52,335 bases of DNA from an uncultured Hyphomicrobiales bacterium. GTDB lineage: Bacteria > Pseudomonadota > Alphaproteobacteria > Puniceispirillales > UBA1172. A model generated the notes under the pieces. The model was not told the DNA's origin, did no database searches, and saw only the letters and a program-made list of their open reading frames with translations. The stretch is from positions 1-52,335 of the forward strand of contig CAYNQW010000001.1 in the NCBI GenBank assembly GCA_964399415.1. The letters run 5' to 3'. Numbering within the stretch: the first letter of the stretch is position 1; each line of letters starts with the position of its first letter. Both the position numbers and the translations under genes were made by a program. This document shows, piece by piece, positions 45,934 to 52,335 of the stretch.

Positions 45934-47250
45934 TTATGCGAGGTGTTGATCCAAGGTTTTCCGGAACTTTTCGACGATTTCGTCAATGTGATTGCGCTCA
46001 GCAATGAAGGCTGGCGCGACAATGCCGTTATCGCCGGTGAACTTAATGTGCAAGCCGTTCCAGAACATATCTTTTTGCATTTGCTGGCCACGGCGACCCG
46101 GCACACCATCATGATGCACCTCGACCCCAGCCATCATGCCGATGCCGCGCAGGTCTTTGACCAACGGATGATCTTTCAGCGACCAAATCGCATCAAGGAA
46201 ATACGATTCCATATCCGCCGCCCGCTGGAACAACCCTTCGTCTTCGTAGATTTTCTGAGTCGCGATCCCCGCCGCGCAAGCCGCAGGATGAGCGGAATAT
46301 GTATAGCCATGGAAAAATTCAATGGCATCTTCCGGCGCGGCATTGGTGACCGTGTCATAGATCTCGTCCTTGACCGCCACAGCGCCCATAGGAATCGCGC
46401 CATTGGTCAGGGCTTTGGCCATGGTGCAGATATCCGCCGTCACGCCAAATTTATGAGCGCCAAAAGGCGTGCCCATACGGCCAAAACCAGTGATCACTTC
46501 ATCAAAGATCATCAAAATGCCATGCTGATCACAAATCTTGCGGATACGTTCAAGGTAACCTTTTGGTGGCACCAATGTTCCGGTGGACCCTGCAACAGGT
46601 TCAATGAATACCGCCGCAACGGTAGAACCGCCAAAGTTTTCACAAATGCGCTGAAGATCATCGGCCAAATCCGCCCCGGTTTCTGGCTGCCCTTTCACAA
46701 AAGCATGATCATCGGTGTAAGTATGGCGAATATGCGAGATATTCGGCAAGGTCAGGTTAAAGGTCTCACGATTCTTAACCATCCCCGCCAGCGACACGCC
46801 GCCCATATTCACGCCATGGTAAGCGCGTTCACGGCTGACAAAACGGGTGCGGTGACCTTCGCCACGCGCGCGGTGATAGGCCAGCGCAATCTTCATCGCG
46901 GTATCGACGGATTCAGACCCGGAATTGGTGAAGAATACATGGTTCATTGGCTCCGGCAGAATGCGAGCGACGCGCTCCGCCAAATCAAACGAGCCGGGAT
47001 GACCCAATTGGAAATGGGGGGTGTAGTCATTTTCCAGCATCTGCGCGTGAACAGCGTCAGCGATTTCACGACGGCCATGACCCGCAGGGCAACAGAATAG
47101 GCCTGAAGAGCCATCAATCAATTTGCCGCCTTTATAATCCCAACAATACATCCCCTCAGACTTAACCACCAGCCGAGGGTTGGCTTTGAAATCACGGTTG
47201 CCCGTAAAAGGCATCCAATGTTCTTCAAGTGAATTTGTTTCAAAAGGCAT
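45934..47250 (-). CDS. tpa: class III aminotransferase: taurine--pyruvate / omega-amino acid--pyruvate aminotransferase
   Basis: 438 aa. HWMPFT, GLFCCPAGHGRREI, FFTNSGSESVD and the PLP-Lys region CTMAKALTNG. Flanked by tauABC and a MocR regulator. Confidence 0.75.
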   Translation of the reverse strand: MPFETNSLEEHWMPFTGNRDFKANPRLVVKSEGMYCWDYKGGKLIDGSSGLFCCPAGHGRREIADAVHAQMLENDYTPHFQLGHPGSFDLAERVARILPEPMNHVFFTNSGSESVDTAMKIALAYHRARGEGHRTRFVSRERAYHGVNMGGVSLAGMVKNRETFNLTLPNISHIRHTYTDDHAFVKGQPETGADLADDLQRICENFGGSTVAAVFIEPVAGSTGTLVPPKGYLERIRKICDQHGILMIFDEVITGFGRMGTPFGAHKFGVTADICTMAKALTNGAIPMGAVAVKDEIYDTVTNAAPEDAIEFFHGYTYSAHPAACAAGIATQKIYEDEGLFQRAADMESYFLDAIWSLKDHPLVKDLRGIGMMAGVEVHHDGVPGRRGQQMQKDMFWNGLHIKFTGDNGIVAPAFIAERNHIDEIVEKFRKTLDQHLA

Positions 47251-47308
47251 CGCCGCCTCCCCGTTCTAATTTCTCACTATTTACGTTACTGCCACAACAA
47301 TCCACTGA

Positions 47309-47340
47309 ATAGGTCCAGTTAATGCATTTTTTAGTGCCAG
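47309..47340 (-). promoter_or_regulatory. two direct 10-mers CTGGCACTAA / CTGGACCTAT, 22-bp period; candidate TauR operator in the tpa-tauR divergent region
   Basis: On the minus strand: ttaCTGGCACTAAaaaatgcattaaCTGGACCTATtc. The proximal repeat ends 58 nt before the tpa ATG. The same motif and spacing recur upstream of pta. Confidence 0.5.
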
Positions 47341-47383
47341 TAATATCGAAATTGATTTATGCTGTTTCCGCAGGAGACGCAAC

Positions 47384-48862
47384 ATGAATCAAGGATACAG
47401 TACCTTCCTTTTTCAGATTGATCATCATCAATCAGCATCGAAGCAAACACAAATCCGAGAATTTTTTGTTCGCGCGATCTTGAATCGCAGCCTGATGCCG
47501 GGGGATACCCTTCCGTCCACCCGTGTTTTGGCCGGACAATTGAACGTCTCCCGCAACACCGTGATCCTCGCCTATCAAGCCTTGACCGATAGCGGTTACA
47601 TCGAAGCCAAAGATCGTTCACGTTTCATTGTCAGCCCTGAAGCCCCTGTTGGTCAGATCGCCACCAAAACAACCGAAGCCATGGAAGACAATGTGGACTG
47701 GACGCGGAAATTTGTTCATACCCCGGCAGCGCTTAACATCATCAGCAAGCCGTTGAATTGGCGCGAATACGAATTCCCCTTTAATTATGGGCAAGCTGAT
47801 TCCGCGCTGTTTTCGCATTCCGAATGGCGGGATTGCGCGCGCCAAGCCTTGGGGATTCGTGATTTCAGCATCACCGCAGGGGATTTTGGGTATAATGATG
47901 ATCCGTTATTGGTGGATTATATCTGCACCCACAGCCTGCCGCGCCGAGGCATCCAAGTCAAACCTTCGCAAATACTTGTCACCATGGGGGCGCAGAACGC
48001 GTTGTTTCTTCTGACGCAATTGCTGGTCAATGCGGGCAAGAAGGTGGTGATTGAAGACCCATTTTATCCTGATTTGCGCGAATTGCTCAAACGCCACACC
48101 AATCAAATCCGCACCTTACCTGTTGATAATGACGGGGTTATTATTGACGATGATGTGATCGCTGAAGCAGATGTGGTGATCGTCACCCCCAGTCACCAAT
48201 GCCCCACCACCGCCACCCTTAGCCGAGAACGCCGCCGGCAATTGCTCCATTTGGCCAAGCAACATGATGTTCTTGTGGTGGAAGATGATTATGAATTTGA
48301 AATGAATTTTATCGAAGCCCCGTCACCAGCGCTTAAATCCATGGATGATAGCGGTCATGTGATTTATGTCGGCAGTTTTTCAAAATCTTTATTCCCAGGC
48401 TTGCGGCTTGGTTATCTCGTGGCTTCCGAACAACTGATCGAAGAAGCGCGTTCTCTCCGACATTTGATGTTGAGGCATCCCCCCGGTCAGACGCAACGCA
48501 CCGCGGCTTATTTCATGGCGCTCGGTCATTATGATGCACAAATCAAGCGCCTACGGCGGCATTTCAGCACGCGCCGAAAATTGCTGCAAACTTGCCTTGA
48601 CCAAGAAACTGTTCTGCGTGAGACGGGCGCTCATTTTGGTGGCACCAGTTTCTGGATACATGGCCCCACTTGGCTTGATGCACGGGAATTGGCATCCCGC
48701 GCCGCCGAACGAAGCATCCTGATTGAACCCGGTCACACTTTCTTCAGCGCAAAAGAGCCGCCGCAAAACTATTTTCGCATGGCGTATTCTTCCATTCCTG
48801 AAAACAAGATCGAACAAGGTTTTCAAATGTTGGTCGATTGCGTCAAAGCCTTGAAACCGTAA
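47384..48862 (+). CDS. tauR: MocR-type GntR regulator (wHTH + aminotransferase-fold domain), TauR-like
   Basis: 492 aa. N-terminal LPSTRVLAGQLNVSRNTVILAYQAL. C-terminal fold-type I domain with the SFSK PLP-lysine motif. Divergent from tpa. Confidence 0.78.
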   Translation: MNQGYSTFLFQIDHHQSASKQTQIREFFVRAILNRSLMPGDTLPSTRVLAGQLNVSRNTVILAYQALTDSGYIEAKDRSRFIVSPEAPVGQIATKTTEAMEDNVDWTRKFVHTPAALNIISKPLNWREYEFPFNYGQADSALFSHSEWRDCARQALGIRDFSITAGDFGYNDDPLLVDYICTHSLPRRGIQVKPSQILVTMGAQNALFLLTQLLVNAGKKVVIEDPFYPDLRELLKRHTNQIRTLPVDNDGVIIDDDVIAEADVVIVTPSHQCPTTATLSRERRRQLLHLAKQHDVLVVEDDYEFEMNFIEAPSPALKSMDDSGHVIYVGSFSKSLFPGLRLGYLVASEQLIEEARSLRHLMLRHPPGQTQRTAAYFMALGHYDAQIKRLRRHFSTRRKLLQTCLDQETVLRETGAHFGGTSFWIHGPTWLDARELASRAAERSILIEPGHTFFSAKEPPQNYFRMAYSSIPENKIEQGFQMLVDCVKALKP

Positions 48863-48882
48863 TTGAAACCGCAATTTTTGAT

Positions 48883-48914
48883 CTGGATCCAACCTTGTGT
48901 TGATCTGGTTCTAT
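48883..48914 (+). promoter_or_regulatory. two direct 10-mers CTGGATCCAA / CTGGTTCTAT, 22-bp period; candidate TauR operator upstream of pta
   Basis: ttgatCTGGATCCAAccttgtgttgatCTGGTTCTATgg. The flanking TTGAT is also repeated. Lies 85 nt before the pta start. Confidence 0.5.
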
Positions 48915-48999
48915 GGACTAAGATGGCGGCGGGGCATGATAAGGTTTGACCTTAATTAAGAATGTTCCGTATTCTGGGGTATAAGCAACCGTATTTAGG

Positions 49000-49941
49000 G
49001 TGGAGTTGATCGTGTCAGGATCATCATTTTTAACAACGCAAAAACCAGTTTGCCCTCCAGATTTATTGGAACGAGCGCGCCAAGCACGGTCTGAGCCAAT
49101 GCGCCTCGCCGTGGTTCGCGCCGCCGCGCCATTGCCCATGCAAACCGCCAAGCAAGCCTTTGAAGAAGGCATCGCAACCCCCATCCTGATCGGTGAAGCG
49201 GATTTGATCAAAAAAGAAGCCGAGGCGATCAACTGGGATTTGTCGGGAATTATTATTCACGACAGCAAAGGCGAAAAAGGCGCGATTGATCACGCCACCG
49301 CCATGACCCGCAATGGCGGGGCAGATGCTTTGATGAAAGGGCATTTGCATTCCGATGTTTTTATGGGCGGGATTGTTAATCGTGATGCTGGCATTCGAGG
49401 CGGCACGCGAATGGTGCATATCTTTGCTATGTTCCCCCCTGATGGCGGTCAGCCGATCTTGATCAGCGATGGCGCGGTCAATGTCAAACCAGACATCAAA
49501 ACCCGCCAGCAAATGATCATTTCATTGACCGAGATGGCCAAGGCTTTGGGCATTGAAACGCCGAAAATCGCGATTATTTCCGCGACCGAAACACCCATCC
49601 CATCCATTCCGTCTTCGATGGAAGCCAAAGAATTAAACGATTGGGCCAAGCATCATGTGACGGACGCGGTGGTCAGCGGGCCTTTGTCATTTGACTTGGC
49701 CATGTCTCCCGAAGCCGTCGCCATTAAAGGCATGACGGGCAATCCCGTGGCAGGCTTTGCCGATGCTTTAGTGATGCCAGATCTTACCTCAGGCAATGTG
49801 TTGTTCAAATCCATGGTCTGGCATAACGCCGCCTGTGCTGCTGGCGTGGTGATTGGCGGTAAAGTGCCGATCATCCTCACCAGCCGTGCTGATGCCCAAG
49901 AATCGCGCTTGGCTTCAATTGCTTTGGCGGCGCTTTGCTAG
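49000..49941 (+). CDS. pta: phosphate acetyltransferase (short PTA_PTB type)
   Basis: 313 aa from the GTG at 49000. A GTG at 49012 with GGAG 6 nt upstream is an alternative start. Family blocks: ADALMKGHLHSD, ISDGAVN, LTSGNVLFKS, ILTSRAD. Confidence 0.82.
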   Translation: MELIVSGSSFLTTQKPVCPPDLLERARQARSEPMRLAVVRAAAPLPMQTAKQAFEEGIATPILIGEADLIKKEAEAINWDLSGIIIHDSKGEKGAIDHATAMTRNGGADALMKGHLHSDVFMGGIVNRDAGIRGGTRMVHIFAMFPPDGGQPILISDGAVNVKPDIKTRQQMIISLTEMAKALGIETPKIAIISATETPIPSIPSSMEAKELNDWAKHHVTDAVVSGPLSFDLAMSPEAVAIKGMTGNPVAGFADALVMPDLTSGNVLFKSMVWHNAACAAGVVIGGKVPIILTSRADAQESRLASIALAALC

Positions 49942-50002
49942 CAGTCAACCCTTCCTGATCGGATTTTCCACCCCGTTAAGATCACCCCTAAAAGGATAAA
50001 AC

Positions 50003-52335
50003 ATGTCAAAACAGCCGAAGATCAACACCTCGCCGAAAAGCGCTGATCGCATTGCTAAGACAACATGTTATATGTGCGCTTGCCGTTGCGGGATCAATGT
50101 TCATTTTAAGGGCGATGAAATCCGCTATATCGAAGGCAACCGCGACCATCCTGTCAATCAAGGCGTGCTTTGCGCCAAAGGTTCCGCCGGCATCATGCAG
50201 CATCTATCGCCTGCACGTTTACGGGCGCCGCTGAAACGTGTTGGCCCTCGCGGATCAGGCGAATTTGAAGAAATCACTTGGGAAGAAGCGTTAAGCACCG
50301 CCACGGATTGGCTGGCGCCTATTCGGGCGAAAGACCCAAAGAAATTGGCATTCTTCACCGGCCGCGATCAATCGCAGGCGCTGACCGGCTGGTGGGCGCA
50401 ACAATTTGGCACCCCGAATTTTGCCGCCCATGGCGGGTTTTGTTCGGTAAATATGGCGGCGGGCGGCATCTATACCATTGGCGGCGCGTTTTGGGAATTT
50501 GGCTCCCCTGACTGGGAGAAAACCGAATTATTCCTGCTCTTTGGCGTTGCGGAAGATCACGACAGCAACCCCATCAAGATCGGTCTCGGCAAGTTAAAAG
50601 ATCGCGGCGTTCGGACAATCTCTATCAATCCGGTGCAAACAGGCTATTCCGCCGTGGCTGATGACTGGATTGGCATCACCCCGGGCAGCGATGGCTTGCT
50701 CATCCTTTCGCTCATCCAAGTGCTGATGGAATCAGGCAAAATTGATGTTGATTATCTCATCCGCTACACCAACGCGCCTTGGTTGGTGATCCGCAATCCC
50801 GGGCAAGCTAATGATGGCTTGTTCCTGCGCGACAGCAACGGCAAGGCTCAAGTCATTGATCGCAACACCGGCAAGACCGTCGCGGCTGAACAAGGCGGCA
50901 TAACCCCAGCCCTTAAAGGTGAGGTTAAAGTTAAAGGTGGCGGCATCGCCGTCCCTGCCTTTACCTTGATGGCCGAAGAATGGATGGCCGCTAACCTCAG
51001 TCCCGAAGCGACTGAAGCCAAGACAGGCGTTCCGGCGAAGCGTGTCCGCAAACTTGCGGCGGAATTGGCTGAAGTGGCTTTTGAACGCACCATCACCATC
51101 GACCAGCCTTGGGTGGATTGGAAAGGCGACAAGCATGACAAGATGATTGGCCGTCCGGTGTCGATGCACGCGATGCGCGGGATTTCAGCACATTCCAATG
51201 GCTTTCAGACCTGCCGCGCCTTGCATGTCTTGCAATTGATGTTGGGCAGTGTTGAATGCCCTGGCGGTTTCCGTTTCAAACCACCTTACCCGAAACCTGC
51301 CTCGATCCATCCGCGCCCGGCTGGCAAGCCTGATCAAATTAACCCCAACACCCCTCTCCCAGGGGCGCCGCTTGGCTATTTGATGGGGCCTGAAGACCTG
51401 CTTGTCGATTCTAAAGGTCAACCCACCCGCATTGATAAAGCCTATTCTTGGGATGCGCCCATGTCGGCGCACGGGATGATGCATATGGTGATCTCAAACG
51501 CCCATGCCGGCGATCCATACCCTGTCGATGTTTTGTTTATGTATATGGCGAATATGGCGTGGAACTCGTCGATGAACACGCGCGGCGTCATGGAAATGCT
51601 CACCGATAAAGACCCGGAAACAGGGGAGTATAAAATCCCGAAAATCATCTATTCCGATGCCTATTCATCGGAAATGGTAGCTTTTGCAGATTTGATCTTG
51701 CCCGATACGACTTATCTGGAGCGCCATGACTGCATCTCGCTTCTGGATCGCCCAATCTGTGAAGCCGAAGCTGTGGCTGATGCTATTCGCTGGCCGGTGG
51801 TGGAGCCTGATCGTGATGTGCGCGGCTTCCAGTCAGTCTTGCTTGATCTTGGCGCTCGGCTTGGCTTGCCCGGCATGACCAATGACGATGGCAGCGCAAA
51901 ATATAAAGATTATGCAGATTACATCGTCCATCATCAGCGCAAGCCGGGGATTGGGCCTCTTTCTGGGTTCCGTGGCAATGGCGAAGACGCCGGCCGCGGT
52001 GAACCTAATCCAGAACAAATCAATCGTTACATTGAAAATGGAGGCTTCTGGGCAAAGCATCTGCCCGAGGACGCGCTCTATTATAAACACGCGAATATGG
52101 CCTATCAGAATTTTGCGGTTGAGATGGGCTTTTTTGATAAGCCTGAACCTTACACCTTCCAGATTTACAGTGAAGTGTTGCAAAAATTCAAATTGGCCGC
52201 TGAAGGTCATGGCGATATTCAACCGCCAGAACATTTACGCGAACAAATCAAAACCTGCTTCACGCCTCTGCCGTCTTGGTATCAGCCGTTTGAAGATCAA
52301 CGCACCAATGATGAGGATTTCCCCATCTTTGCCCT
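50003..52335 (+). CDS. soeA: molybdopterin (MopB-family) oxidoreductase catalytic subunit, 5' part; candidate cytoplasmic sulfite dehydrogenase SoeA
   Basis: Absent from the track because no stop lies in the window. My translation from ATG 50003 is open to the window end: MSKQPKINTSPKSADRIAKTTCYMCACRCGINVHF...GVLCAKG. This gives an N-terminal 4Fe-4S Cys cluster with no twin-arginine signal. Located next to pta and the tau genes. Confidence 0.6.
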   Translation, partial: MSKQPKINTSPKSADRIAKTTCYMCACRCGINVHFKGDEIRYIEGNRDHPVNQGVLCAKGSAGIMQHLSPARLRAPLKRVGPRGSGEFEEITWEEALSTATDWLAPIRAKDPKKLAFFTGRDQSQALTGWWAQQFGTPNFAAHGGFCSVNMAAGGIYTIGGAFWEFGSPDWEKTELFLLFGVAEDHDSNPIKIGLGKLKDRGVRTISINPVQTGYSAVADDWIGITPGSDGLLILSLIQVLMESGKIDVDYLIRYTNAPWLVIRNPGQANDGLFLRDSNGKAQVIDRNTGKTVAAEQGGITPALKGEVKVKGGGIAVPAFTLMAEEWMAANLSPEATEAKTGVPAKRVRKLAAELAEVAFERTITIDQPWVDWKGDKHDKMIGRPVSMHAMRGISAHSNGFQTCRALHVLQLMLGSVECPGGFRFKPPYPKPASIHPRPAGKPDQINPNTPLPGAPLGYLMGPEDLLVDSKGQPTRIDKAYSWDAPMSAHGMMHMVISNAHAGDPYPVDVLFMYMANMAWNSSMNTRGVMEMLTDKDPETGEYKIPKIIYSDAYSSEMVAFADLILPDTTYLERHDCISLLDRPICEAEAVADAIRWPVVEPDRDVRGFQSVLLDLGARLGLPGMTNDDGSAKYKDYADYIVHHQRKPGIGPLSGFRGNGEDAGRGEPNPEQINRYIENGGFWAKHLPEDALYYKHANMAYQNFAVEMGFFDKPEPYTFQIYSEVLQKFKLAAEGHGDIQPPEHLREQIKTCFTPLPSWYQPFEDQRTNDEDFPIFA

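Noticed and set aside
45868-47100. 410-aa + strand ORF, the longest unexplained ORF in the track
   Set aside because: It is entirely antisense to the well-supported aminotransferase gene. Its Arg/His/Ile-rich, low-complexity translation is typical of a shadow ORF. The same reasoning applies to 34328-35195 (+), 29055-29750 (+), 24778-25368 (+), 44730-45399 (+) and 7517-8002 (-).
1-52335. Search for mobile elements, prophage or defence genes, toxin-antitoxin pairs, tRNA/rRNA and riboswitches
   Set aside because: No transposase, integrase, nuclease/helicase defence-type ORFs, long terminal inverted repeats or cloverleaf-like or rRNA-like untranslated stretches were seen. Intergenic regions are short (at most ~280 bp). 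None resembled a known riboswitch core that I can recognise by eye.

Overview
52.3-kb chromosomal segment that is almost fully coding (47 CDS called). I saw no rRNA, tRNA, IS element, prophage, CRISPR array or defence genes. It probably comes from a marine alphaproteobacterium: it has a petA-petB operon, the DUF1285-NUDIX-CCA synteny and an Alph_Pro_TM family gene. Organism identity is inference only. The left ~9 kb is housekeeping: bc1 complex, hemF, cca, a CoA pyrophosphatase, an ArsR/TauE/USP block and a TupBC-like ABC pair. From ~9.4 kb to the end the window is a dense catabolic supercluster for methylated amines, quaternary-ammonium osmolytes and taurine. (1) A dimethylglycine-dehydrogenase-type flavoprotein lies head-to-head with a non-pyrrolysine MttB-family methyltransferase. 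(2) A lower-GC block carries an Opp/Dpp-type ABC importer followed by AA_synth(DUF1185), an alpha/beta-hydrolase and RidA, with a divergent aldehyde dehydrogenase. (3) A CoA-dependent gamma-butyrobetaine/L-carnitine to glycine betaine gene set (ADP-forming acyl-CoA synthetase, acyl-CoA dehydrogenase, BKACE, CdhR-like regulator, L-carnitine dehydrogenase, CaiD-like hydratase) sits beside a ProXVW-type betaine importer. (4) N-methylglutamate pathway genes mgsABC-gmaS are preceded, apparently in the same operon, by a membrane di-iron desaturase-like gene and a TIM-barrel gene, and no mgdABCD is present. (5) A taurine module comprises tauABC, tpa, MocR-type tauR, pta and the 5' part of a cytoplasmic molybdopterin oxidoreductase (SoeA candidate), with no xsc in the window. 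The most interesting leads are: the MttB homologue with no corrinoid partner in cis; the uncharacterised DUF1185 module; the desaturase/TIM-barrel genes fused to the methylamine operon; two ABC permeases with very large extra N-terminal domains; and a shared 22-bp-phased CTGGnnCyAw repeat in front of both tpa and pta. All functional calls rest on reading the translated ORFs for family motifs and on gene context. No database search was run.
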